This document shows, one piece after another, positions 26,502-44,626 of a stretch of 64,000 nt of DNA. Below the pieces are notes generated by a model, which saw only the letters and a list, made by a program, of their open reading frames with translations, ran no database searches and was not told where the DNA came from. The stretch's first letter is position 1. The number at the start of each line of letters is the position of its first letter. The stretch is taken from NCBI RefSeq assembly GCF_009914755.1, contig NC_060947.1; one strand, 5' to 3'. This DNA comes from the human T2T-CHM13v2.0 reference genome, Homo sapiens. Both the position numbers and the translations under genes were made by a program.

Positions 26502-29500
26502 GGTTACAGAACTTTCTCTTTAGTTCTGCTAAAACCTGGCTCTTGTCACGTGACCAGAAAAGATTGGGATTGTGGACAAATAAAAGGTTGAGGAAAACAG
26601 AATTTACTGGGCAAAGTGGAAAGGGGAAAAATAACTCTCAGCAAAGCGAAAGAGAGTCCTGCTAGCAGGTTTCCTGCCTCACAGATTGAATTCTAGGTTA
26701 TCACACAGGAACAGTGAAGACCAGGCTCCTCCTTCCTGCAAAGGGCACAAACTTCCCAAGGCTCCATCCCATGGATCATTTGCATAAGTAATGAAGAGCC
26801 AAGTGGGCATTATTCAGAAATAATCAGTCAGGAAATTGTGGGCTTCATCTGGGATCAGCAGTACAGATTTTCAGCCTTTAGGCTATTTTAGGCTTCAAGG
26901 CAGGGTGTTGCCAGAGATCCTAGCTGTCTCCTATCTCTATCATTGCCCCCTCTAAAGAAGTACATATACCTGCCATTAGAATGAGGACAAAGATAAGGAC
27001 AAAAACCGATCTTAACGGCTTACTGTTGACAGAGGGGCGCTGTTTTGAAAAAAACAGCAGTCAGATCCCCCTCAGAGGCCTATCTAAGGGTTCCTGGAAA
27101 AAGAGGCCATAATCTGAGGCTCTAATTGCATGACTATTTGGATTTCGATGGCCTGAAGGCAAGAAGACACAAACCAGGTTATTAGAAAACATGTATAAAA
27201 ATGAAACAAGAGATGGTGAAGACAACTCAAAAATCTCGAGGCCTTTTACCAGTTGGTACAGGGATGGGGGCCAAAAGCCCGACTGGTAAATAAAACTTTT
27301 ACCCTTTTGCTGCCATTTTGGGCTTCTGGGTTTTCCTCCCCTGAGCCCAATCCTAAGGCAATTACTTTAAAGTTTTGGAAATTAACTCTTCCCAGTTTGG
27401 AGGCTGCATCAGAGAGGAGTGTCCCATAGTACAGAAATACAATTATCTATCAAGTAAGAGAGGACAGAGGAGGAAAAAGGAAAAAAAAAAGAGATTATTT
27501 TGTTTTTCAGAGGAGTCCCAGGGATTCAGAATACATTTGAAAGAGGTACAGATTGAAGATGAAATGCTACTCATCTAGAAAGAGAGGAGCAGGAATCCCT
27601 GTTTCATTTCTCTTCCTAGCCCAGGGTACATGAGGGAGAGAAAGTGAGGCATTCTTCTTCCTTTCTTCTGTTATTGTATCCCTGAGTCCTGGTGAGTATG
27701 ACAGGGTGCTGCCCATGGGTGACAAAGAAGCTTTCACTCATGTTAACAAGGGGGTCTGGGGGTGGGGTTATCTGCTCTTACCCGCATACATCTGATCTCC
27801 TCTGCTATTCAGTAGCCTTTGAATTACCAATACCTCATTTATGCCATGGATGCTAGCATGACCTTTATCCATGAAATGGGAAGCTTAATCAGCAGGAACC
27901 AGTCATATTCACCTGCTCTGTACCTTTTCACTTCTGTTATCATCTGCCTCTGGATCTTTCATATCCAATTATCTTTTCTGGACCTTTGACCCAAAGCTTG
28001 GAATTGAGTTTGGGACAAAAATATGTCTCAGGGGGATTGCATGGGCTTCCTTTCATAAGCTGAATGCTAAGGTGAAGCTTCGCAATTGAGTTCTTCTCCA
28101 ACAAGGAAGACAAAAGGATGTCCTGTGATATGCCCAGATAACTGGTGGCTATAGTTCTGCTTGCTAAGATTTGGATGCATTGTGCTTGGCTTTGGTTAGC
28201 TCTTTTGGTCTTACTTTCCCAAAGAGGAAACCTCTGGGTGATGGGCATACTGTTTATTCCCATCACCCAGAAGTATTTGCAGGATAATTGCTCACAACTA
28301 GAATATTAATCCAGATTTCTACATTATCCATCACTTTTGTTCTTTTTGAGCTGCAGCTGGAGATTACTGGTTGGTTCACAGTAACAAGCAGGGTTACTGC
28401 AAAATGTAGGCAAAAAGTTTAAAACAACTAATGAGTCTAGATTTTAATGACAAACATATAAGGTTTGAAACATAATTTCTTTCTCTCCAGTCGTTATTTA
28501 AAAAAATAATCATGATAAGACTGAGTTGCTTGCAAAATAGACTAGTCTTATAATTGGCCTGCTTATTTTCATTAAGCACAGCAAGAATAATTATTTCTAC
28601 AGTGGCCTTTTACATTGGCTTTGATGGAACTCTGTTCCACAAGGAATCTCAGGTAAGACCTTTGAAAGCTGAGCCCAGCCATGGGTTTGTATCCTCCAAT
28701 ACCTGTGAGTTGGGTGATCCTCTCTTCGTAAGGTCCCAAGATAAACTTGAGGGTCCTGGGCCTGTCAGAGAGTTACATTTTTTTACTTACTACAGGTCAG
28801 AAACCCTGTACAGGGACTGCATAGACAAAAATACAAGGCTAGTTTTTCCAAGAGGCTCTAATCAGCTTTTCAGTTCAAGCTTGACTCATTAAAGGGTAGC
28901 ATACTATTTCAGTCAAAGCCTTGATAAAACACCAGTTTCTCCACTTGCATCCTATTGCAAAAGAAAATGGATTCTTATTGCACTGATCCAAACAAGCATA
29001 CTGCCTTGAGTTAAGAATAGTCACAACTAGTGTCCAAATTTTAGAGAAGTCAGGCAGAGAGGGAGAAAAACATGCTCCAAATTTTGTTCACATGAGTATA
29101 GCTTACTCAATTACTACAGTCTGTAAGTAGTTCAAAAAAAGTTTCCTTGATTCTGAAAAACAAAACAAGGATCAGCAATGTTCTAAACAAAAGTCAAAAG
29201 GATTACTCTAGTTTCTATTAGTTCAGTCCATTCAGTTAACCTGTTTTGCTTGATATTTGTGAACATTTAAGCTCTTCATGAGTCCTGTACCTTTTCCTTT
29301 ACTCCAATGTCACAATACCCAAAGTTATTAGAAACCTGCCTTTGAAAGCACCAGTCAAATTTCTATAGTTTATTACAAACCATCTTTTTAAAAGAATTAA
29401 AACAAGACACCAACTGTCTGTATAAGAAAATATCCAGGGTAGGTACAGTTAGAAATACAATTAACAAAAAAAAATTTGATTATCTTCATGGTTTACAATA

Positions 29501-30112
29501 ACTTAACATAACAAGTTTAATTATGATTTGATAGCATAGACATTAGAATTTTAGAAATCTCATACAATTTTAAAACATATATTAGTATTATTCACCAAAA
29601 TATAACCTAAAGAAGATTGATTTTGGCAATGTCATGTACCTAAATATGTCAAATAATTCTGTTACCTCTCTTTTGGATATTCCTGGGGCCCTCTGTAGCA
29701 TCCAAAAACCAGGTATCAGGAAAGACAATTTTGAAACTGAAGTTAGATTTTGGGAAGCCTGTTAAATATGTTACAGGTTTAGAACACTTGATGTTTTTAA
29801 ATAGAATTGCAGGTTACCGTAAATTATTGATTTTGCCAAAATGATGACTCAGAAATTTTCAAAAAGCAAAACCCTTTTATAACCCTTTACAAATTTTGCT
29901 AAAGAGAAGATTAATGCCTTTAAAAGTACCATGTTGTGTTTTTAGTTCAATGTTTAATTTACAGAAAAATTATATAATACCCTTTTGAATTTAGTCAATA
30001 TTTTTACACATGGAATTACTTTTGCAAGATTAATTTTTACAAACCTTTCATCATTTGTTTAAACCTTCAACTTTATTTTATCTATTTCAAAACAATCCTT
30101 TAACCCTAAGCA
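26502..30112 (-). mobile_element. MER61-like ERV1 provirus fragment: 3' LTR 26502-26942 and non-coding MER4-group internal sequence 26943-~30112
   Basis: Reverse complement of the LTR starts tgatagagataggagacagc and ends gctaagagaaagttctgtaac-like; polypurine tract (agagggggcaa on the minus strand) abuts the LTR at 26943-26953. Confidence 0.8.
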
Positions 30113-32165
30113 AGAATGCAGATGATGTAATATTATATTTGGAAAAACCTAAAGACTCCACAAGAAAATTATTAGAACCAATAAACAAATTGAGTAAAGA
30201 TGCAGGATACAAATTCAACATACAAAAATCAGTAACATTTCTATAGACCAACAACGAATAATGTAAAATAGAAAATAAAAAAGTAATCCTATTTACAACA
30301 GCCAAATATAACAGTAAAATACCTCTATAATGTAAACTACAAAGCACTTATAAAAGAAATGATGAGGACATCAACAAACGTTAAAATATTCTATGGTAAT
30401 GAATTGCAAGAATAAATACTGTTAAAATGTTCATACTACCCAAAGCAATCTGCAGGTTCAAGACAATCCCTATTAAATACCAATGACATTTTTCACAAAA
30501 AGTGAAAGAATAGTTCTATACTTTATATGGAACCATTAAAGAGCCAGAATGGTCAAAGCTATCCTGAGCAAAAAGAACAAAATTGTAGGAACCACATTAC
30601 TTGACTTTAAATTTTACTACAGAGCAACAGTAACCAAAACAAGATGGTAATGGCATGAAAACAGACACATAGACCAATGGAACACAATAAAGAATGCAGA
30701 ACAAAATCCACACAACTACAGTGAACTCATTTTCAACAAAGGTACCAATAACATACACCAGGAAAAAGGCAATCTCTTCAATTAGTGATGCCGGGAAGAT
30801 AGGATATCCATAGGCAGAATGAAACTAGACCCCTATGCAAAAATCATATCAAAATAAATTAAAGACTTACATGTAGGACCTCAAACTATGAAACTACTAC
30901 AAGAAAACTTTGGTGAAATTCTTCAAGACATTGGTCTAAGTAATAATTTTTTGAACAATACCCCACGAGCACAAGGCTACCTAAGCAAAAATGGACAAAT
31001 GGGATCACCTAAAGTTAAAAAGCTTCTGAACAGCAATGGATACAATCAACAAAGTGAAGAGGTAACCCACAGATTAGAAGAAAACATTTGCACAGTACCC
31101 TCTAACAAGGGACTAATAACCAGAATATATAAGGAGCTCAGAAACTTTATAGGAAAACAAATATAAAAATCAAATAAAAAATAAACAGAAGACTTGAGTA
31201 GGCATTTCTGAAAAGAAGACATACAAATGACAAAGAAGCACATGAACAGATGTTTAACATCATTGTTCATTAGAGAAAGGCAAACGAAAACTACAATGAT
31301 ATATAATCTTAACCTGGTTACAATGGCTTATATCCAAATGACAGACAAGAACAAATGCTGGCAGAATGTGAAGAACACTTATACACTGTAGGTAGGAATG
31401 TAAATTAGTACAAACACTATAGAGAACATTTTGGTGGTTTCTCAAAAACGAAAAATTGAGCTACCATATGATTCAGCAATCCCATTGCTGGGTATGTACC
31501 CAAAAGAATAGAAATTTATACATCAAAGAGATATCTGCACTCCCGTATTTGTTGCAGCACTGTTTACAAGAGATAAGATTTGGAAGCAACCTAAGTGTCC
31601 ATCAACAGATGAACGGATAAAGAAAATATGATACATATATACAATGGAGTATATTCAGCCATTAAAAAGAATGAGATGTTGTCATATGCAATCACATGGA
31701 TGTAACTGGAGACAATTATGTTAAGTTAAATCAGCCAGGCACAGAAAGAAGAACTTCAAATATTCTAACTTATTTGTGGGATCTAAAAATTAAAACAATT
31801 GAACGCATGGACATAGAGCATATAAGGATGGTTACCAGAGGCTTGGAAGTGTAATGTGAGGCTGGATAGGGGACATGGAGATGGTTACTAGGTACAAAAA
31901 AAGTCAGAAATAATGAATAAATCTTTCTAATTAATAGCACAACATGCTGACTATAGTCAATAATAACTTAAATGTACATTTTAAAATAAAGGGTATAATT
32001 GGATGGTTTGCCACTCAATCAATGGATAAATTCTTGAGGGGGTGGATATCCCATTCTTCATGATTTGCTTATTTCACATTGCATGCCTGTATCAAAACAT
32101 CTCCTATACCCCATAAATACATACACCTACTAATTATCCACAAAAATTAAAAATAATGAGAAAAA
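30113..32165 (+). mobile_element. L1MA1/L1MA2-like 3' 2 kb (reverse transcriptase to poly-A)
   Basis: ADDVILYLEKPKDSTRKLLE; 3'UTR gcttatttcacattgcatgcctgtatcaaaacatctc...cacaaaaattaaaaataa. Confidence 0.9.
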
Positions 32166-32734
32166 AAGATAAAAAAGGCATTATATAATGATAAAAAATC
32201 AATCCAATGAGAAGGTATTACAATCCATAACTATATGCATCTAACATTGTAGCTTCCAGATTCATAAAACCATTACTAATAGACTGAAGAAATAAAATAG
32301 GCAGTAAACCCAATAATAGTGGGGGACATCAATACTCCACTGGCAGCACTAAACAGGTCATCAAGACAAAAGTCAACAAAGAAATGATGCATTTAAATGA
32401 CACTCTTGAAAAAATTGACTTAACAGATATTTAAATAACATTCTACCCGCAAACTGAAGAATATACTTTATTGTCATCTGCACATGGAACATTCTCCAAG
32501 ACAGACCATATGACAGGCCACAAAACAAATCTCAATCATTTTTATAAAAGTTGAAATCATATCAAAAATTTTCTCAGACTACAGTGGAATAAAACTAGAA
32601 ATCAACTCCAAAAGAAGCCTTCACCATTATACATGTACATGGAAATTAGGTAATATGCTCCTGAATAATTTTGGAGTTAACAGTGAAATCAAGATGGAAA
32701 TTTGAAAATATTTGAAATGAATGATAATGGTGAC

Positions 32735-35352
<2,618 letters not shown>

Positions 35353-38300
35353 GCAACACAAGTTGTCAAGACCTCTGGGATACAGCAAAAGCAGTGCTAA
35401 AAGGAAAATTTATAGTGCTAAATGCCTACATCAAAAAGTCTGAAGGATCACAAATAAACAACCTAATGTCACACCTGAATAAATCAGAAAAACAAGAACA
35501 AACTAAACCTAAAGCTAGCAGAAGAAAAGAAATAACACAGATCAGAGCAGAACTTAATAAAATTGAAAAAAAACAAACAAAAAATGTTACAAAAAAATCA
35601 ATGAAATGAAAAGCTGGTTCTTTAAAAAGATAAACAAAACTAGGAGACCATTAGCTAGTTTAACCTAGAAAAGAAGAGAGACGATTCAAGTAAGGTTCAT
35701 TAGAAATGATAATGGAGTCATTACAATAAACACCACAGGAATACAAAAGATCATTTGAGACTACTATGAACACCTTTATGTCCACAAACTAGACAACCTA
35801 AAGGAAATGGATATATTCCTGGACATATAAAATCCTCCTACATTATATCGGGCAGAAATAAAAACCTTGAAAATATGAATAACAACCAACAAAATTGAAA
35901 CAGTAATAAAGATATTGCCAACATAAAAACCCCAGGACAAGTTAAATTCACAACTGAGTTCTACTAGTTATTCAAAGAAGAATTGGTACCAATCCTACGA
36001 AAATTATTCCAAAAAACTGAGAAGAGGGAATTCTCCCCAAATCATTCTATGAAGCCAGTATCACTCTGATACTAAAACCAGAAAAAAAAATAACAAAAGA
36101 AGAAAAAGATACAGCTCAATATCCCTAATTAACATAAATGCAAAAAGCCTCAACAAAATACTAGGTAATCAAATCTATCAGCACATCAAAAAGATAATAC
36201 ATCATAATCAAGTGGGTCTCATCCCAGGAATGCAGGGATGGTTTAACATATGCAGTTCAATAACTGATTCATCACATAAAGAGAATTAAAAACAAAAACA
36301 AAAACAATATGATCATCTCAATAGATGCAGAAAAAGCTTTCAATAAAATCCAGCATCCCTTGATGTAAGAACCCTCAACAAACTAGGCACTTTCCTCACA
36401 AGGTAAGGGACTTATCTCACAATAATAAAGGACATCTATGACAAACCCACAGGCAACATCATACTGAGTTGGGTAATGTTAAAAATTCCCCCTGAGAACT
36501 GAAACAAGACAAAGCTACCCACTTTTAACACCTGTATTCAATGTAGTACTGGAAGTCCCAGCCAGAGCAATCAGGCCAGAGAAAGAAATAAAGTGCATCT
36601 AAACGTGAAAAGCAGAAGTCAAACCACTGGTGTTCCACAATGATATGATAGTATACCTAGAAAACCCTAACAATTCCTCAAAAGACTCCTATATTTGAAA
36701 AATGACTTCAGTAAAGTCTCAGGTTACATAATCAATGTACACAAATTCATAGTACTGCTATAGAGGAGCAACAACCAAGCTGAGTATCAAACCAAGACCT
36801 TAATCCCTTTCAAAACAGCTGCAAAAGACTAAAATATGGAGAAATACACTTAAACAGATAGGTGAAAAACCTCTACAAGAAAAATTACAAAACACTGCTG
36901 AAAGAAATCATAGATAAATCAAACAAATAAAAACACATTTTATGTTCATGGATTGAAAGAATAAATATTTTCAAAATGATCAGACCACTTAAAGCAATCT
37001 ACAGATTTAATGCAATACCCATCAAAATACCAATATCATTTTTTTACAGAATTAGGATAAACAATCTTAAAATTCATATGGAATCAAAAAGATCCCAAAT
37101 AGCCAAAGCAATTCTAAGAGGAAAAACAACAAATCTGGAGGCATCACATTACTGGACTTTAAATTATACTACAAGGCTATAGTTACGAAAAAAACATGGT
37201 ACTGGTATAAAAATAGGGAGACATAAAGACCAATGGAACACAATAGGGAACCCATGAATAAAGCCAAACACTAACAACCAACTAATCTTCAACAACCAAT
37301 ACAAAAACATAAACTGGGGAAAGGACATCCTATTTATAATGGTGCTGGGAAAACAGGGAAGCCACATGTAGATGAGTGAAATGGGACCAGTTTGTCTCAC
37401 CTTATACAAAAATCAACTCAGGATGGATCAAAGACTTAGGTCTAAGACCTGAAACCCTAAACATTCTAGAAGATAACATTGGAAAAACTCTTCTGGACAT
37501 TGACCTAGGCAAAGAATTCATGAATAAGACCTCAAAAGTAAATGCATCAAAACCAAAAAATAAATTAATGAAACCTAATTAAACTGAAAAACTTCCTCAT
37601 AGGCAAAGAAATAATGGAGTAAACAGACAACAGAGAGAATGGGAGAAAATACTTGCAAGCAATGCAGCTGAAAAAGGACTAATTTCTGGAATCTACAAGG
37701 AACTTAAATCAGTAAGAAAAAAAAAATTCCCGTCAAAAACTAGGCAAAGGATGTAAATAGACATTTCTCAAACTAAGATGTACAAATGACTAACAAGCAT
37801 AAAAACATACTCAATATCGCTAATCATCAGGGAAATGCAAATTAAAACCACCATGAGATACCACTTACCTCTGAAAAACGGCCATAATTAAAATGTCAAA
37901 AAACAATAGATGTTGGCATGGATATGTTGAAAAGGGAATGCTTGTACACCACTAGTGGAAATGTAAATTAGTACAACCTCTATGGAAAACAGAATGAAGA
38001 AGTTAAAACCCAATTTCTGGTGCCCTCAAGGCATGGCAAAAACTTTTGAAATTAGCATATTACAGACATATTTATCATGGCTGCTTTATCTAGTTTAATA
38101 TGTTTTAATTATTTGTTGGTGAAATTCACATCTTGAGATAATTTTATTATATCAAATACAAGCTTAAAACTCTAATAAACAGGAGAGAACAAGGGTGAAT
38201 TTATCTCTAATATGTCACTACTAAAATAAAAATAAGTAATGTGCTTCCAAATTACCTTCAGAGCTTAGTTTTAGATCACAGATAATTGGTAAATGGGCTT

Positions 38301-39493
38301 TTTAGATGAAACTCATTTATTTGGGATTTCCATGGATTATCTATCTCTGTATTTTTACAGGATTATGATTCTCTGTTACAGCCTATTTTGTTCTAAGTAT
38401 TTAAGACATCAAAGGAGAAGAAAATGATAGCCATTTCTTGCATGCAAGAATCGGGGAGATTATTTAGGGGACCTTTGTTCCCATGGATCCATTGATGGCT
38501 GTTACAGGAAGCTTTCAGGTCACCAAGCCTGGAATTCGCTAGACCCAGGTAAAGTCCACACTACTCTCAAAATTTTCATGGAGTATGCTCTAAGTCCCGT
38601 TTTTCAAATGATTGACAGAATGATAGATTTTGCTTAAATTTACAACATTGAATTCAAAATTACTGAATTCAACAATCTGGAATCAGTTTTGGCTGTTCAG
38701 TGTTGCCATAGCTGCATGTGAAATTGAGAGTGCATAATCAAAGTGTATTGCCTTCCGCCCCAAATTAACATACTAATGCCCTGTGCCAACAGCTTTGCCT
38801 TCAGACTCTGATTTTATAAGTAAGTGAAAAATGTCCACAACTTAAACTGTGGCTTTCATTTTTAATTTCTTTGAATTTCTTCCATTCCTTGAATCAATCA
38901 AGGATTCCTTAAATACCTACTTCACGCACACCATGAGCAGAATGAAATGAAAAGGGTACTACCTCTGGCAATTCAGATCTATTCCCATGAAGAGCACTAA
39001 ATACAGAGAAATAAAACTCTTTGGGACGTCGCTTGTCTAATCTGTATTTAGGAAGATCCTATGCACCCTTCAGTGTCTAGCTGAGATTGTCATATTACTT
39101 TTGTTGTGAAGGCCCATTCAGTTTCATTGCTCATTCGACAGTTTGCACACATCACAGATTGCATCTTTTCACATTTGTAGTTTAATTATATAACTGAGGA
39201 GAGTAAAAAGTATGCTTTTAAAGCTGGTCAGCTGCCCTCTTCTGGGGAGAGTACTGTTTTTATTTGGGAAAATAACTTGACGGCCACTTAATATGTAAAA
39301 GATAAAGCCCCATTCCACCCCCATTCTGCCCCCAGACCTCGGCTACTTTAAGGCACTTTGAGAATGGGCTAGGCAGAGACAAATAAAAGAGCTGAAACAT
39401 CCAACTTAATAAAATGCGAGGAGCTGTGGATATTATTAAACACTCTACAGATATTTCAGGGTGAAACTGCTGATAATTAAGAAGAGATATAGG

Positions 39494-39795
39494 GGCCTTG
39501 TGCGGTGGCTGATGCCTGTAATCCCAGCACTTTGGGAGGCCGAGGCAGGCGGATCACGAGGTCAGGCGATCAAGACCATCTTGGCTAACACGGTGAAACC
39601 CCGTCTCTACTAAAAATACAAAAAGTTAGCCGGGCATGGTGGTGGGCGCCTGTTGTCCCAGCTACTCCGGGAGGCTGAGGCAGGAGAATGGTGTGAACCC
39701 GAGAGGCCGAGCTTGCAGTGAGCTGAGATTGCACCACTGTACTCCAGCCTGGGCAACAGAGCGAGACTCGGTCTCAACAACAACAACAACAACAA
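39494..39795 (+). mobile_element. AluY with a (CAA)n tail
   Basis: gatcacgaggtcagg..ggctaacacggtgaaacccc..gagcttgcagtgagc; 15-bp TSD aaga[a/g]gagatatagg at 39479-39493 and 39796-39810. Confidence 0.96.
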
Positions 39796-40057
39796 AAGAG
39801 GAGATATAGGGACAAAGAAAGCTCAGCAACATGACAAGAAGACAGGGATCCTGAGAAGCAAAATCAGCCACTGCAGAGTCCCTTGTGATCAGAAAGGCCA
39901 TGAGGCTTAAACAACAGAGATGCTGATACCGGCTTTTAAGTCAACTTCTTTTCTGTTCTGTAACTTCCTGTCTATTACCCATGAATCTTCTGTATACTAT
40001 ACACATCTGCTTTGAGAGAGAGGTGTTTGTGTAAATCAAGGAAAGAATGTTAAGTTA

Positions 40058-40115
40058 AGGGTTGATAGAAAACAGGATACTAAGTTAAACTTGAATTTCA
40101 AACTAAAATTGAAAT
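40058..40115. mobile_element. Possible MER53-like hAT end
   Basis: agggttgatagaaaacaggatactaagttaaacttgaatttcaaa. Confidence 0.4.
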
Positions 40116-40617
40116 TAAAATTAAAATTGTAATTCATTTTAAGTAGATTTTTAAATCTCTGAAATAAGTTACATGTAGAGAAAAAGCAAGAGTCACAAGA
40201 AAAAATAAATGTAGGTAATACAGAGAATTCAGTGTAAGCAAGAAAAATGTAGCCAGAAATAATTAGGAGATATGTAAGTACTCTGAGGTGTTGCAGTTGT
40301 GGGAAGCTTTACTTTTTCTTTATAAGTGAATCGGAAGCATTTTTAATTAAATATTCAAGGTAAAGGTAACCCATAAGGCTAGAGAACATGGAGATCCCTA
40401 GCTGATAGAAATCTAGGTTATAATTAATTCAGTTTTCTGTATATTATTACTTTCAAGCCTGGCTCTCACACTAGAGGGCATTCCCAGGGGGCTGACCTTC
40501 CCTCAGTTGTGAGGGAAATCAGATATAGTCCCCACATGAACAACAACTGAGGTAATACAGAAAATCATAGTTCCTCTTACACTTTTTGTTCTGAATCAAG
40601 CCAAAGTTCTGCAGTTA

Positions 40618-42311
<1,694 letters not shown>

Positions 42312-42929
42312 AAAGATATTTGTGGTCCCATAATAAATTTGAGCTTGTGGACATCAGAGACATTCAATATTGTTTCTGGGTAGAACTCTAGCAGCTATCA
42401 GCAGTGGTGTCTCTGCTGGGAGTGTGGTGAGCACCATGAGGTATCACTCATAATGTATCAAGAGGAGTTTTCTTAATTTTATTTGCATACTCATTTGCAA
42501 ATAGATGTGCAGATGTGTGTTACTTTCAACATCTGGCTGTAGGTTCCATTTGTTTTTCCTAAGGTTACTTTTACTTATTTTCTCTCCAAACTTTTTTGTT
42601 ATTCTGTTTACTGTTTATTCCCTGTCCCAGATTGGGAGATGACACCAGAGATGTGGCTCAAATTCATGTAACTTATCAACCAAAATTCTTAATTATCCTC
42701 CTCTCTTTTATCTATCCTGTGTATAATTTTGATGAGGCCAGAATATGACTTAATGTGTTATAAGGCTTATGTGCAGGGACGAACTGCTTAGCTAGTAAGT
42801 GATTCTAGCCATCTGCCCAGTATACCCTTCTTAATTCACCTGTCTTCCTCATAGCAAAGTCTGCATATTTTGTAATGGAATTAACATGCTATTGAGGAGT
42901 TGGTAAAAGTCCTGAGATGCTTTATTTGT

Positions 42930-43420
42930 AAACAATAAGACTTAATGTATAGTGTGATTATTGTTATAATAGACAGATGTTGTCATTTCTATGATTGAGA
43001 AAGGGACACTAAACTCAGGCTAGACAAGATAGCATAAAGAAATTGCCCCAGAGGAGAATATCTGTGTGCCAAGTCATGAAGCCACCTTTAGAAGGAGAAG
43101 TGAGTGAAGCAAAAAAATAAATAAATAAATAAAAAATAAAAATAGAAAAACTGAAGGAACTTTCATGTAGAGTGAACAGCATAATCAAAGAGCAGACAAG
43201 ACAATGAAAGAACAAAGATTATTTAGAGAACTGCTAAATTGGTATGAAAGTATTTTGAGAGCATGAAGAGGAAGTTGTGTGAGGTTATAGCAGATGCAGG
43301 TAATAACTATATGAAGGTAGTATTTATTGAAGAGGTAAGCTATAGAGAAAATTGGCTAGAGATTTCAAAGTCTGCATCAAGAAATCAAAGCCAAAACATC
43401 TTTTCCTGCAATTGTTGTTG
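42930..43420 (-). mobile_element. L2 fragment (degenerate); contains the donor copy of the inverted duplication
   Basis: gagaaagggacactaaactcaggc...gaaggaactttcatgtagagtgaacagcataatcaaag...tttagagaactgc resembles antisense L2. Confidence 0.55.
43013..43205 (+). repeat. Left arm of a ~190-bp inverted duplication
   Basis: Reverse complement of 44627-44808 by manual alignment. Confidence 0.95.
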
Positions 43421-44389
43421 CTATATCAAGATATCTATTTGGGCACAGTGAAAACAGACAATGGAGACAGTTCATTTGAAAATTTTAGGCCAAAAAAGGG
43501 GGAAAAAGTGCTTCCCCTTTCCCTCTCAGCAGCATGATTAGTTTTGTCTTGAAAGATATGTGCTTTTGTATCGATTCTTCAATATTTCACGTTTTTGACT
43601 GGCCAGCCCAAAATGACATTTCACACTTTAAAATGAAAAACATCTAGTTTGAACCTACAATGAGAATAATTTCTGCCTATCACAAGCCTTCTGTGCATCA
43701 TAGGTGACCAGCAATGGCTGGCATGTGTCAGAGGCCATGGCATTTAGAAATATCATCTAAATGTCTCACACATTCCAAATAACAAGGGTCCAATCTATAG
43801 TCTAGTCATCGGTACTTAAAAATGTATCAGTTACATTAATTATAGTAAGCAGAAAACTTCTTTGAAGTATGCCAACTTGTGTTTATCTGAAAGAGCCTCA
43901 TATATGGTATTAAGAGGATATCAATTTAATATATCTTGCTAGTTACAAACTCCATTGCATGAAAATCTTTGAGCCATAACATATCACAGGCTAATTATGA
44001 AAATTGATTTTTTAATTTGCTCCTCACTAAAATTACTCAGCTATTGTACATTATTTGCTTAGAGTGATTTTTGCCATGTAAAATAGTCTTTTCTTATCAC
44101 CAGAGTCAGCTCCAGTAGTTTCAAAGAGTCAGAGAATTGTGACAAGTTGAAGAATTCAACTTTTCTTTAATACTCACTTTAGTACAGAGAATTCTGAGTG
44201 AGGAGAAGGGAGAAGATTATACACATAGTAGGCTCACATAGGTTTCTAAATCATTTATCGATAGAAATAATTATATATCATGAGATACACCCCTTACAAT
44301 CATGTCAGTTAATACAGATGATGGTAACAAAAAGCCCATAAACAAAATAATGGGATGAAAGGTGCTTTTTCAATTATCTCATCCTATCT

Positions 44390-44600
44390 CCCACTTAACA
44401 CAGCACCTATGAACATTAAGTCCCTACATTACTGCTACAAAGTGGATATCAATATTCCCATTTTACAAATGATAGAGCTGAGCTCCAAAGAGTTTAAGTA
44501 ATTTACTCAAATCTCCTAACTGAAAAGTTACAGATTTAGGCTTCGCATTTAAATAGTCTGAACCAGACACACATGTTTTTCCATAATATCTGACTCCCAG
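44390..44600 (-). mobile_element. MIR
   Basis: attcccattttacaaatgatagagctgagctccaaagagtttaagtaatttactcaaa. Confidence 0.7.
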
Positions 44601-44626
44601 CAAATTGCATATTCACTTAATCTGCA

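Noticed and set aside
26943-30112. Possible retroviral env or pol coding sequence in the MER61-like internal region
   Set aside because: Only short ORFs (113 aa or less) with no recognisable RT, integrase or env motifs.
38361-38548. Possible plus-strand exon (ttttacag acceptor, cag/gtaaag donor)
   Set aside because: No ORF in the track covers it and there is no supporting evidence; cannot be supported from sequence alone.
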